A stretch of 64,000 bases of DNA from Candidatus Sumerlaeaceae bacterium. GTDB lineage: Bacteria > Sumerlaeota > Sumerlaeia > Sumerlaeales > Sumerlaeaceae. Under the pieces are notes generated by a model, which did not search any database, was not told the origin of the DNA, and saw only the letters and a list, made by a program, of their open reading frames with translations. The first letter of the stretch is position 1, and every line of letters starts with the position of its first letter. The position numbers and the translations under genes were made by a program. Shown here piece after piece: positions 49,550-59,072 of this stretch. The stretch covers positions 64,001-128,000 of the forward strand of contig JBPCLP010000045.1 in assembly GCA_051003195.1 (NCBI GenBank), in the 5' to 3' direction.

Positions 49550-52500
49550 CTAGTCCCCCGGCTCCAGGTACAACACCGAAACACTCGCCGCCGGCACAGC
49601 CACATCAAGCTTCTCCAGACCGGTTGTCGCGATCGCGGACTCCACCCATCCCACCTCGTTCCGCGCGCCGCCGGGATGATGCGACGCCGCGTTCACCGCG
49701 AACAACCCGGCTTTTGAACCAGTCACATTTCTCAGGGTATGCAGGGTTGCTCTCGCAATTTTCGGAAAAGAGCGAAGTGTCAGCGGTACTGTCGCCATGC
49801 AGTCGTCCTGGAAGTTCAGCACCCAGATTCCAACCGGACCATCGGCTCCCGTTCGCATTGCATATGCACGAACCAGGTTGCGATCGTCATACGAACCGAT
49901 CAGCCGGTCCCCCATGCAATCGCGGAGCTTCGCATAAGCGAGAAACACCGGGTATTCCGTGCCCGTCCACGAATCCGCCGGCCACAGCCAGTAGTGCGAC
50001 GCCTTGAGCCCCAGCTCCGCAAAAATAAAAATGGTTTCCACCGAGCCAAGCGCATGCGCCATTTGCCCTTCCTCGATTTTCTCATTGTAGAGGTAGTGGC
50101 TCGCGTTCACCTCGCTCGCGACAAACTCGATGTCTGCCAGATTGCGCCCGCTTGCCTTCACCAGCCCGGACAGCTTGGAATGAAACGCCCGATGCCCACT
50201 CGCCACGCTGCTGCCCAGCGCCCACTGCATCGCCGCCGTCGTGGTGTGATCGCCCAGTTTCTGGTAGGGATGATACGAAATAAAATCTACCGGAACCGAA
50301 GAATCCGACAGAATGACGTTGAGGTGTTTCTCCTCGCGGCTGCCGTCTACAATGCACGGCCCGACTTTGATATCAGGGTCTTCGGCTTTCATAGCCTGCG
50401 CTATGGCCTTATAGCGCGGATAGAAAACTTCAGCCGGCGTCGTGCTCCCATTATCCACCGCTCCGCCAGTCCCGCGAATGGAGACAGTCGGCTCATTACC
50501 GATCTCCCAGTACCTCACGAGGGGCAGCGGCGCTTCGCCGGCACGTGGCAGGGTGTCCCACTGCTCGCCCGGCACCGCGCCGGACCAGTTGATGGACGCG
50601 AGAATCGCCGCGTCGCGCGAATCCGCAATCGGGTCACCCTGATGATAGCGCCGTACGATCCGGTTCACATAACGCACCCAGTCGGCGGCGAGCGATTTTA
50701 GCACCGCGGTGTCCGAGGTATAGTATAGATAGCGCGCGGGATTCGCCGGGTTCGGCCGCACCAGACCACGCGCATTCACCGTGATGAACAGGTCCGCATG
50801 CCTGTCCCGCGTCCACCGTAGAAATTCCAGCGTTGTCGGGCGCGGCTCGTGGTTTCTCGTGCGCCAGTCGTATCGGTCGGCAAACAGTCCGCCAGCCACA
50901 CCCCGTAGCACGGTCCCCTCCGCAACCTCCAGCGTTTTTGCAATGGCCACGTAATCGCCGCGCGTCGTCTCGAAATCCGAGATTGCCACGCCGCGGACTC
51001 CAGGATCGACGCGAATGCCCCTCGCGTTCGCGTCCACCACAAACTCCGTTTGCCTGGGTGGCGACGGTGCAGACGGGGACACAGGACGTACCGCAGGAAC
51101 CGCTTCAAGTCGACCCGGCCACGAAGCGAGCGGCTTAATCGAAGGCGAGTACGGTTCCGCGGTCCCCGGCGACAGCAGCACTGCAATCAACGTGTCCGTC
51201 GTTCGCTCTTTCGGACGTACCACAATCCGACGAACGCCCGTGTTCCGGCTCTGGGGCCGCTTCTGCTCCGCCGACACAACTTCGATCACCGCGCCTTCGG
51301 GTTTCAGTACTCGCACCACCATCGTTTTTCCCGCTGTAGTCAGCAGCGCTGTGCTCCCTTTGATCTCCACGTCAGTTCTCGTGTGCATGTTCCACGTGAT
51401 GTCGGCAGGCGCATTGCACGCGATCTCGTCCTGGATCATCACATGCCGTCGTTGCCCGCAAAGCTGAATCCCTCTCTCCACTCGGCGCGCAATCTTTCGG
51501 TAACCGTGCGTCAGGTCCGAACTCGCCGAAGCAACGCCCGTCGCGGAATCAAACGCAATAATCGCCGCAGCCGCGTCGTGTTCCTGGTTCGCGCCGTTGA
51601 TCATCAGTGTGTTCTGCCCGATTGTGCCGCACCTGTAATAACCAAACCGCTGGTTCGCTTCCCAATACCCCGGCAACAGGTAATCGTCAGCTCCAAGTTC
51701 CATCGCCCAGCGGATCCCATCCGCATCGAACACAAACGTTCCGAGATCGAGGTTCGAATGCGTCGCAGCATTTCTGCCGCCTTTGAATGCTATGAACGAC
51801 GCCCCCGCGCCCTCCCAGTCCCCTCGCATCGTCACCACGCCCGCGCCGCGGAAAAGGAGATCGATTCGCAGCTCGGCATCCACTGGGCTGCGAGCTATCG
51901 CCGGTTTCCACAGCAGATGCAGTGGGTCGAGCCGGTTCAGCGCGCACTCCTGCGACCGCCACGCAAACTCCGGACGATCGAAACGTTTCGCCAACCACAG
52001 CTCGGCCGCGTTGGGAAAATCAACGGCACGCTCTCCGCAATCGCCCCAGTTGAAACACAGCCCGGTGGGTCCCGTAATTGCTGCCGGAAAAATCCCGGCC
52101 TCCGAAAAACCCGGACTGTCGTCGAGCCGAAACGTCGTGCCGAGCGCCGTCTGCATTGCGCCGAAGCCCAACGCACAAAACCGTACCCCGTACCCCCAGT
52201 ATGCGGGACCTTCGATCCAGCCGCCGTCCGGCGCGAAGCCTGCCATCGCACGGGGCATCGCGCGAATCGCGCCGCTTAATACAAACGCCGCAACCTCCGG
52301 CTGTTCATCCGCAATCGCCAGTGCCCCGATGGCCAGTCCATTGTTGCACACCAGGTTCCAGTTGTGTGTCGACGCTACCCACTGCCGGTCGTTGTTACGA
52401 TACCCGGCAATGCCGGGCTGCAAACCGAGGTTGATAATGCCAGAGGTCAGCTCCTCACGCGCGCGCCGCGAAAGTTTCGAATAGAACCAGTCGTATCCGA

Positions 52501-53017
52501 TTCCAACCGCCGCCGTCATCTCCGCCGTATCGAGGAAGTGCGCCGGATTCCAGTCAGGGAATGCGCACACCGCTCGAAGCTCCTTCTCCGCGCGAATGCG
52601 GAACCGATCGTCCCCGTCCAGCCGATACAGCAGGCCCAGCAACAGAACGCGGTCCAACGCCAGCCTGCTTTCCTCCAGCAGCCATGGAATTTTAGGCACA
52701 CGCGTGGGCGACATCACCCATTGCGCGGGCTTCTCGTCTAGCACCTTCTCGGCACGTTCACGCAACTTGCGATGCCAATCGGCAGCAAGCTTGTCGGTTT
52801 GAATTCGTTGCCGAAGTTCGACAATGTCCCGGTCCGTCGCCAGGAGACGAGGATGCTCAGGCTTCAGCGTGTTCAACATCGCAAGGTCGGATGTCGTTAC
52901 GCCATCCACCGCAATGGTCCGGGCAACTCCCATAAGCGGCGCCGCAAGCAATAGCGACGCGGCCGCAATAATGCCCGCGACGCGGGCGCTGACCTCGAAA
53001 TTCATATTGGAGAGCAT
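49550..53017 (-). CDS. Heparinase II/III-family lyase fused to a clan-A-like glycoside hydrolase domain
   Basis: N-half: HPRLL, DWNPAHFLD, THNWN, EGPAYWGYG, HSNLDLGTF. C-half: YWEIGNEP, DFISYHPY, ASEVN. Confidence 0.8.
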   Translation of the reverse strand: MLSNMNFEVSARVAGIIAAASLLLAAPLMGVARTIAVDGVTTSDLAMLNTLKPEHPRLLATDRDIVELRQRIQTDKLAADWHRKLRERAEKVLDEKPAQWVMSPTRVPKIPWLLEESRLALDRVLLLGLLYRLDGDDRFRIRAEKELRAVCAFPDWNPAHFLDTAEMTAAVGIGYDWFYSKLSRRAREELTSGIINLGLQPGIAGYRNNDRQWVASTHNWNLVCNNGLAIGALAIADEQPEVAAFVLSGAIRAMPRAMAGFAPDGGWIEGPAYWGYGVRFCALGFGAMQTALGTTFRLDDSPGFSEAGIFPAAITGPTGLCFNWGDCGERAVDFPNAAELWLAKRFDRPEFAWRSQECALNRLDPLHLLWKPAIARSPVDAELRIDLLFRGAGVVTMRGDWEGAGASFIAFKGGRNAATHSNLDLGTFVFDADGIRWAMELGADDYLLPGYWEANQRFGYYRCGTIGQNTLMINGANQEHDAAAAIIAFDSATGVASASSDLTHGYRKIARRVERGIQLCGQRRHVMIQDEIACNAPADITWNMHTRTDVEIKGSTALLTTAGKTMVVRVLKPEGAVIEVVSAEQKRPQSRNTGVRRIVVRPKERTTDTLIAVLLSPGTAEPYSPSIKPLASWPGRLEAVPAVRPVSPSAPSPPRQTEFVVDANARGIRVDPGVRGVAISDFETTRGDYVAIAKTLEVAEGTVLRGVAGGLFADRYDWRTRNHEPRPTTLEFLRWTRDRHADLFITVNARGLVRPNPANPARYLYYTSDTAVLKSLAADWVRYVNRIVRRYHQGDPIADSRDAAILASINWSGAVPGEQWDTLPRAGEAPLPLVRYWEIGNEPTVSIRGTGGAVDNGSTTPAEVFYPRYKAIAQAMKAEDPDIKVGPCIVDGSREEKHLNVILSDSSVPVDFISYHPYQKLGDHTTTAAMQWALGSSVASGHRAFHSKLSGLVKASGRNLADIEFVASEVNASHYLYNEKIEEGQMAHALGSVETIFIFAELGLKASHYWLWPADSWTGTEYPVFLAYAKLRDCMGDRLIGSYDDRNLVRAYAMRTGADGPVGIWVLNFQDDCMATVPLTLRSFPKIARATLHTLRNVTGSKAGLFAVNAASHHPGGARNEVGWVESAIATTGLEKLDVAVPAASVSVLYLEPGD

Positions 53018-53339
53018 TTAGTTCGATACCCGAACACACCCCTGCGCGCACGCAACCCTCAACTGTTCTTCGATTACTGGTCTCTCGCCGTAGGCGGGGG
53101 CTCTCAGCCCGACTCAAAATGCTACTTTCAGGGCACTTTTCGCGCTGCACCCAAAACCATAAAGCCCCTATACGCTTATACGTCAGAGGCCGATGCCTCC
53201 GCTTCCAACAATTGCTTGCCAGCCGGGCCCGGCTATTGCTCATCTATTATTTTACGTGTCCCGGGCGCCCAACTTATCATTGTACAGATGCCACCTGGCT
53301 CACGAACAGGGCTTGGAGTTGCTGTGAACCTGAAAGCTG

Positions 53340-53711
53340 ATGATCATGATTCTCGTCATTGATGATGAACCCGCAATTGCGTCTGCAATAAAGACGGTTC
53401 TCGAGCTCAGCGGCATGGCCGCCGTTGTTGCAGGCTCGTGCGACGAAGCGCTGGCGATTATTAACAGAACGCCGCCAGAGCTGATCTTCAGCGACATTAA
53501 CATGCCGGACCGCTCCGGACTGGATCTGCTGCACACGCTGAAAGCGAACCCTGCCACCGCGCACATACCGCTGGTATTCATCACGGGAGAAGCGCGCAAC
53601 CAGGACGTGAATCGCGGTCTCGCCGCCGGCGCCGCCGGTTATCTTAAAAAGCCTTTCAGCCCGCCCGAGCTGCTAAACACCGTGCGCGCACTGGTGCATC
53701 GCGCTGGCTAG
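53340..53711 (+). CDS. Single-domain response regulator
   Basis: LVIDDE, FSDINMP, FITG, KKPF. Confidence 0.93.
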   Translation: MIMILVIDDEPAIASAIKTVLELSGMAAVVAGSCDEALAIINRTPPELIFSDINMPDRSGLDLLHTLKANPATAHIPLVFITGEARNQDVNRGLAAGAAGYLKKPFSPPELLNTVRALVHRAG

Positions 53712-53801
53712 TATGGTCTACCGTTCAGTTCGTAAACAGTTCTGTGTGCCGAATCCAGGGTAAGTTTGGTCTGGTAAGTAACTACCGATTCAACACACTA
53801 G
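53708..53801. mobile_element. Empty 94-bp MITE-like element bounded by CTAG
   Basis: CTAG at both ends. Imperfect terminal inverted repeats (ctagtatgg...agttcgtaaacag vs reverse-complement ctagtgtgt...agttacttaccag). Both halves recur at 17653, 19230 and 16699. Confidence 0.8.
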
Positions 53802-54274
53802 TTGAACAGTTGCCAGTCGGTTGCGGCCGCAGGCAAAACTGCGCTCGTGGAAATCGAATCGATGTCCGCGGTGAACTGGGTGCTCACATTCACCTCGCCC
53901 GCATCCACCGTCTTCAACGCCGGGTCATTGCAGGTCACCATATAGGTGCCTGCGGTTGAGACCAGCGTGGGAGAACCCGGAGCCCACGCGGACGTCGTCG
54001 GATGCTGCCAGCCAACCGCGAAGGTGCCGGTTACGTTCACCACCACAAACGTTGCCTTGTAGGAGCCTGAAGTAAACGCGGTCTCATCCTGCCAGATCGC
54101 GATACCATCGCTTACGGGCTTCACCAGGTGAGCCTGTCCCCCAGAGAACGTCACCGCCGAGGCATTTGGGTAAATGTTCCAGCCGGCGCCGTTCGTATCG
54201 AAGCCAGGGTTTGTAAGGGCGCGGCAACCGAGCGGCGCTGCAATAACCACAATAGCCATAAGCATCTGTTTCAT
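53798..54274 (-). CDS. Small secreted beta-rich (CBM-like) protein with C-terminal AAATDWQLFN tail
   Basis: Signal MKQMLMAIVVIAAPLGCRA; LTNPGFD...GW start typical of CBM-like sandwiches. Confidence 0.7.
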   Translation of the reverse strand: MKQMLMAIVVIAAPLGCRALTNPGFDTNGAGWNIYPNASAVTFSGGQAHLVKPVSDGIAIWQDETAFTSGSYKATFVVVNVTGTFAVGWQHPTTSAWAPGSPTLVSTAGTYMVTCNDPALKTVDAGEVNVSTQFTADIDSISTSAVLPAAATDWQLFN

Positions 54275-54542
54275 TATTAAGTTCCTGTGCCGAGTCTTAA
54301 CCAACACAAGTATAGTTCAACGCCCCGAAATTTACGCAAGCCATAAAGCAGCAGAACCATCGTGGAGCTCCGTCAGGATCAGGACAAGCATTGGCTCATG
54401 CGTTAGAAGACCGTCGCACGAACCAGCAATTCCAATGGCCTTCAAAAGATAGCCCCGACTTGTTTTCACGTTTTTCAGTCACCGTTTCCGGCATGCTGCT
54501 GTGGCCAGTTTGAGCCCCGAACAACGAGCTCCGTTTTGGCCT

Positions 54543-54570
54543 TTCGCTCTTCGCTCTTCGCTCCTTGCTA
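54543..54570. repeat. Heptamer tandem repeat (ttcgctc)x3 plus a degenerate unit
   Basis: Read directly, downstream of the HtrA gene. Confidence 0.6.
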
Positions 54571-54602
54571 TCTCTTCTATCGTTCTGTCCATTCAGCCTT
54601 CT

Positions 54603-55760
54603 CTATTGCCGCGCTGTCGGCTCCATCAACTCATAGTTAGTTTGAATCGGCTGGCCTCCACGATCGACGACCAGTTGGGGTTTTGCACCCACCTGCTGCG
54701 ACCAGATATAAACCGACACATCCGTGGCGTCTTTAACATCGCGGCCATCCACCTTGGTGATCACGTCTCCAACTTTCAGTCCGGCGCGCTCAGCCGGGCC
54801 GCCGCGGCTGATCTGCGAAATCACGGCGCCCTTGGTGGCTTTCGAGCCAACCATCCGCGCAATACGCTCGGTGACATTCTGGAGCTGGAAGTCGACCAGG
54901 CGCGAACGGATCTTTCCGTGCGAAACGATTTCGTTCATGACGGCTTTCACGCGGTTGACCGGAATGGCGAAACCAATCCCCTCGGCGCCGCCGCTTCGCG
55001 ACATGATGAACGTGTTGATGCCGACAAGTTCGCCGGCGGCGTTGATGAGCGCTCCACCGGAGTTGCCGGGGTTTATTGCGGCGTCCGTCTGGATCATATC
55101 GAGGTAGACGCTCTTGAACTCGCCACTCGGCTTGAAGCTGCGTTTGAGCGCGCTGACGACGCCAAGCGTAACGGTCGGAGTCGGGTCGCCGATGACGTTG
55201 CCGAACGGGTTGCCCATCGCCAGCACCCACTCGCCAACCATGAGGTTGTTGTTGTCGCCAAAGGGGGCGGCGGGAAGGTTCTGGGCATTGACCTTGATGA
55301 GCGCGACGTCGAGTGCGGTGTCTGCATCTATCACTTTACCTGGAAGCTCGCGTCCGTCGATCAGCGTGACGAACACATCCTTCGCGTTTTCGACCACGTG
55401 GTAGTTCGTAACGATCAACCCGTTCGGGTCGACGATCACGCCGCTGCCAAGGTAGGGAATTTTTTCTTCATACGGAAAGATGGCGTAATCGGAGAAGAAG
55501 CTGGCGTAAGGGTTCAGCAGGTAACCGGACTGCGATGCGCCGATGCTGACAACCGATGGCGAGAACTTCTCGGCCGCGGTGACGATCTCGGTTTTGCGCG
55601 ACGCCGCGCTGCCAGCGGCGGGAAGCTGCGCAGCCGCCGCTCCGGCTTTGCCCAGGATCGGCAGGTCCAGCTCCCCCCGAAATTCCCGAAGCGCAAACAT
55701 CGCCAGCAACAACAGGTTCATGGTAACCAGCAACGCGATCAGGCGGTTCTTCGTCTTCAA
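54603..55760 (-). CDS. HtrA/DegP-family serine protease with one PDZ domain
   Basis: GSGVI, VTNYHV, DVAL, IQTDAAINPGNSGGAL. TTG start at 55760 with GGAGG RBS. Confidence 0.95.
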   Translation of the reverse strand: MKTKNRLIALLVTMNLLLLAMFALREFRGELDLPILGKAGAAAAQLPAAGSAASRKTEIVTAAEKFSPSVVSIGASQSGYLLNPYASFFSDYAIFPYEEKIPYLGSGVIVDPNGLIVTNYHVVENAKDVFVTLIDGRELPGKVIDADTALDVALIKVNAQNLPAAPFGDNNNLMVGEWVLAMGNPFGNVIGDPTPTVTLGVVSALKRSFKPSGEFKSVYLDMIQTDAAINPGNSGGALINAAGELVGINTFIMSRSGGAEGIGFAIPVNRVKAVMNEIVSHGKIRSRLVDFQLQNVTERIARMVGSKATKGAVISQISRGGPAERAGLKVGDVITKVDGRDVKDATDVSVYIWSQQVGAKPQLVVDRGGQPIQTNYELMEPTARQ

Positions 55761-55872
55761 TTCGATCCTCCATAACCATTTGGGGGGACTGCCGAGCACG
55801 ACAAATCCATATTGACCCGCATGGTGTGCTCGCAAGAGTCGTGCGACGAACGACAAGACAGGAAACCGAGGA

Positions 55873-56910
55873 ATGCCGAAGCTTGCAGTGGGTGTAATTG
55901 GCACCGGATCGATTGGAAATGTGCATCTGACGGGGTATGCGGCAGAGGGCAAAAGCGTTGAGATTCAGGCGATTTGCGACATTCGCAGGGAGCGCCTGGA
56001 CGAAATGGGTGAGAAATTCAAGGTGCCGGCGCAGCACCGCTACCGGGACTACCGCAAGATGCTGGCAAGTGAGCAACTGGACGTGACGTCGATTTGCCTG
56101 CCCAATTCGCTCCATTTTGACGCAGCGGCCGAGTCAATTCGTCACGGTTTGCACACGTTGATTGAAAAGCCGATGGTGCTGACGATGGAACAGGCGCGCG
56201 CACTGAAGAAGCTGCACGCGAAACACCCGGTGAAGGTGATGGTGTCGTTCAGCCACCGCTTCATGCCGCAGAATATCCGGGCGAAGAAGCTGATTGAGCA
56301 GGGCAAGCTGGGCAAGCCGTTCATGATCCGCGTTCGGTATGCCCACGGGGGCCCGTACCCGGGCTGGGCGCAGACCGACTGGTTTTATAAGAAAAAGATG
56401 GCCGGCGGCGGCGCGCTGCTGGACATGGGAATCCACGCGATCGACATGTGCCAGTACATGATTGGCCCCATAAAGTCGATTAGCGCGCAGTTGAAAACGC
56501 TCCGCAAGAAAATCGAGGTGGATGATAACGCCGTGATGCTGCTGGATTTCGGGCCGGAGAACAAAGCGCTCGGTTACATCGAGTGCGGATGGACGAGCGG
56601 TCCCGGCTTCGCAGGCGTTGAGATTTACGGCGACAAGGGGACGCTGATCCTGGACATCTTCAAACCCGGCAGGTGGATACGCGGCGTGAACCGACCGGAT
56701 GGCGCCGTCGAGACGCTGGACGAGCAGATCACAACGGGGCAGGAGAAGACGCACTGGCCGCTGGAAATGGAATCCTGGGTGAAGCACCTGTTGGGCAAGA
56801 AAACGCCCACCTATATTCCAGGGCTGGAAGAGGGAGCATCAAGCCTGGCGGTGGCGCTCGCCGCCATCGAGAGCAGCAAAACCGGGAAGCGGGTCCACGT
56901 GCGCGGATAG
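55873..56910 (+). CDS. Gfo/Idh/MocA family oxidoreductase
   Basis: VGVIGTGSIG, LIEKPM, GGGALLDMGIHAID. Confidence 0.95.
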   Translation: MPKLAVGVIGTGSIGNVHLTGYAAEGKSVEIQAICDIRRERLDEMGEKFKVPAQHRYRDYRKMLASEQLDVTSICLPNSLHFDAAAESIRHGLHTLIEKPMVLTMEQARALKKLHAKHPVKVMVSFSHRFMPQNIRAKKLIEQGKLGKPFMIRVRYAHGGPYPGWAQTDWFYKKKMAGGGALLDMGIHAIDMCQYMIGPIKSISAQLKTLRKKIEVDDNAVMLLDFGPENKALGYIECGWTSGPGFAGVEIYGDKGTLILDIFKPGRWIRGVNRPDGAVETLDEQITTGQEKTHWPLEMESWVKHLLGKKTPTYIPGLEEGASSLAVALAAIESSKTGKRVHVRG

Positions 56911-56938
56911 CGCAATAGCTGGCGCTGAACCGAAGGGG

Positions 56939-57763
56939 TTACTGCGCGTCGAGCAGGATCCAGTTGTTGGTGTAGTCAGGATCATAGCCGGCGTCGTTGG
57001 GCACGACCAGCAGAGCGAAGCGTGTGTCCTGCGCAGTAAGAAGGCTGGCCTTGTACTTGAATTTCTTGATCGATGGAAACGCAGGGTCTCCACCCCACGC
57101 CTTCACTTTTTTCACCGTACCGGAGGCGATCAGCTCGGAGTAACGGCCGCTGAAACCCTCCTCCTGCAGGCGTGAGAGGTACCACATTCCGCCATTAAAC
57201 GGTATGTTGCTGTTGTTGATTAGATTGAGGGAACCTGAGAACTTGCAGACGCCCTTGCTGTTGCACTTCAGCACCGGGGGCAGCACCTGGCTGACGGAAA
57301 CGTCGGGCTGAGGATAGATGACTGCGGTGATTCCGGTTCCCTGGACGATGAAGAGGAAGGACCCTTCGTCGGGATCGTTGCTGCTGACGGTGATCACGGC
57401 TTCGTGAAACCCGGTGCTGGTGGGTGCGTACGTTATCGTGAAGGGGCTGGACTGGCCAGGCGCGATGGTGGCGTCGGGGTTTTGTGTGACGCTGAACTGC
57501 GAGCCGGTTAAACCGCCGATAGCGATCGGCAATGTGATCGTCAGATTCTGGTCGCCGAGGTTGTACACACGCAATTTCATCGGTCTCGTAGTATTGATCA
57601 CGACTTCGGGCAGATCGGTGCTGGCGTAGACTCGCCCCTCGCCGGAACCGGCCGGGATGAAATGGAGTCCGCCCACGAGTGCGATGTCTGCTGCTGCAAA
57701 ACTATTACCGCAGAAGCTGACGATGGCTGCCGCAAAACACCCAAACCATTTGGACCGAAGCAT
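56939..57763 (-). CDS. Secreted protein with choice-of-anchor D (ASH-like Ig) domain
   Basis: NLGDQNLTI...IAPGQSSPFTITYAPTSTG...SNDPDEGSFLFIVQGTG; signal peptide from MLRSKW. Confidence 0.8.
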   Translation of the reverse strand: MLRSKWFGCFAAAIVSFCGNSFAAADIALVGGLHFIPAGSGEGRVYASTDLPEVVINTTRPMKLRVYNLGDQNLTITLPIAIGGLTGSQFSVTQNPDATIAPGQSSPFTITYAPTSTGFHEAVITVSSNDPDEGSFLFIVQGTGITAVIYPQPDVSVSQVLPPVLKCNSKGVCKFSGSLNLINNSNIPFNGGMWYLSRLQEEGFSGRYSELIASGTVKKVKAWGGDPAFPSIKKFKYKASLLTAQDTRFALLVVPNDAGYDPDYTNNWILLDAQ

Positions 57764-57881
57764 GGATAAATCCCCCAAGGCTAACATATAAAACAGACTC
57801 TTGTACTCGAAGCCGCGGCGGAATGACAATAGAATTCGTGTAATTTATGAGGCCCATCGTCGCGCCTGATTGTGCACCTGG

Positions 57882-57918
57882 AAAAGAAAACGGCCGGACA
57901 GATTGCCCGGCCTTTCTT
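57882..57918 (-). terminator. Intrinsic terminator after clpP
   Basis: ggccgg..ccggcc stem; followed by ttttctttt on the minus strand. Confidence 0.65.
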
Positions 57919-57949
57919 GAAGCGATTGTTTGGTTTTGAGCGCGGAAGA

Positions 57950-58630
57950 CTACTTTTCCTTTACGTCCGGTTTTTCTCGCACCTCAGCCTTTTCCTTGGT
58001 TTCGGTTTTTTCTTTCTCCGTGGCAACTTTGTCCTGAGCAAAGGATTTCTTGTCGAAAATGACTTTGTCGACAAGGCCGTATTCTTTGGCCTGCTCGCCG
58101 CTGAGGAAGAAGTCACGGTCGGTGTCGCGCTCGATTTTATCGAGCGGCTGGCCGGTGTGCTCGGCAAGGATGTGATTCAGCTTGTCCTTCATGCGGAGGA
58201 TTTCCTTCGCGTGGATGTCGATATCGGCGGCCTGGCCCTGGAAGCCGCCCAGCGGCTGGTGGATCATGATGCGCGAATGCGGCAGGGAGTAGCGCTTGCC
58301 GTTGGTTCCAGCCGCGAGCAGAATGGCGCCCATGGACGCCGCCTGTCCCACGCAGATGGTAGTGATGTCAGGCTTCACCAGCTTCATGGTATCGTAAATG
58401 GCCAGACCGGCAGTGACAACACCGCCCGGTGAATTGACGTAAATGTTAATGTCCTTGTCCGGATCTTCGCTCTCCAGAAAAAGCAGCTGCGCGATGACTG
58501 CATTGGCGACGCCGTCGTCAATGGGTGTGCCGAGGAATATAATACGGTCTTTCAGCAGCCGGGAATAGATGTCGTAAGCGCGCTCTCCCCGCTCGTTCTG
58601 CTCAATGACGTAGGGGATATAATAACTCAT
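57950..58630 (-). CDS. clpP: ATP-dependent Clp protease proteolytic subunit with Lys/Glu-rich tail
   Basis: [41 protein letters not shown]. Confidence 0.98.
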   Translation of the reverse strand: MSYYIPYVIEQNERGERAYDIYSRLLKDRIIFLGTPIDDGVANAVIAQLLFLESEDPDKDINIYVNSPGGVVTAGLAIYDTMKLVKPDITTICVGQAASMGAILLAAGTNGKRYSLPHSRIMIHQPLGGFQGQAADIDIHAKEILRMKDKLNHILAEHTGQPLDKIERDTDRDFFLSGEQAKEYGLVDKVIFDKKSFAQDKVATEKEKTETKEKAEVREKPDVKEK

Positions 58631-58829
58631 TCTTTGTCCGTTCGTTTTCTCAAAGTTCAGGGCCGGCAATTTCTTTCAAAACCACCCGTGATGCACTAGC
58701 GTGACAAAGGGTCACGTATTCGGGCAACGCCATTGCAACGGTAAAGCGACAACGAGGCTATTACCCAGGAAGGTGCGATGCAAAAACCGTGATTCTGTCT
58801 GCGAAGTCGGGCGTCGTTTCGGTCAAGCT

Positions 58830-58952
58830 CTGAAGTACAGTACTGGAGGTGGCAGCATTTCGGGTCCGAGCGCTCCGGGCGGTGCGGGAAGCACATTTAC
58901 GGGACCTCAACCGTTTGTGGCAGCCGTTGCAGACTGGGAACTGTTGCAATAA
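58830..58952 (+). pseudogene. Remnant 3' end of a secreted-protein gene ending AAVADWELLQ
   Basis: Gly/Ser/Pro linker followed by the same tail type as 53798-54274. No signal peptide or credible start. Confidence 0.5.
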
Positions 58953-59072
58953 GGCAGCTTACGGTTCCATGGGGTTTTGCCTTCGAAGAAAGCTTTACCC
59001 GTTGCTATTGTAGCTTCCAAAAGAGACTTAGACGACCCGTTCATCAAACTATAACCTGGGGAGCTATCCGCT

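Noticed and set aside
49536..49553. ggcaccctag at the lyase stop as another MITE end
   Set aside because: Only a few bases match and the upstream gaac/gtaag part is absent; a local ggtgc/gcacc hairpin explains it.
53090..53113. GTAG-type REP element
   Set aside because: Single imperfect copy, with no second copy or RAYT transposase seen in the window.
53708..53801. Integron attC or dif site
   Set aside because: No RYYYAAC...GTTRRRY boundaries, no XerC/D consensus, and no integron integrase in the window.
47760..55775. Long antisense ORFs (47760-48896, 49739-50701, 51050-52279, 54501-55775; likewise 7399-8376)
   Set aside because: Shadows of well-supported genes on the opposite strand in GC-rich DNA; no motifs.
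58690..58730. gcactagcgtg as a MITE end
   Set aside because: Similarity is limited to about 8 nt; it is a simple cgtgac/gtcacg hairpin.
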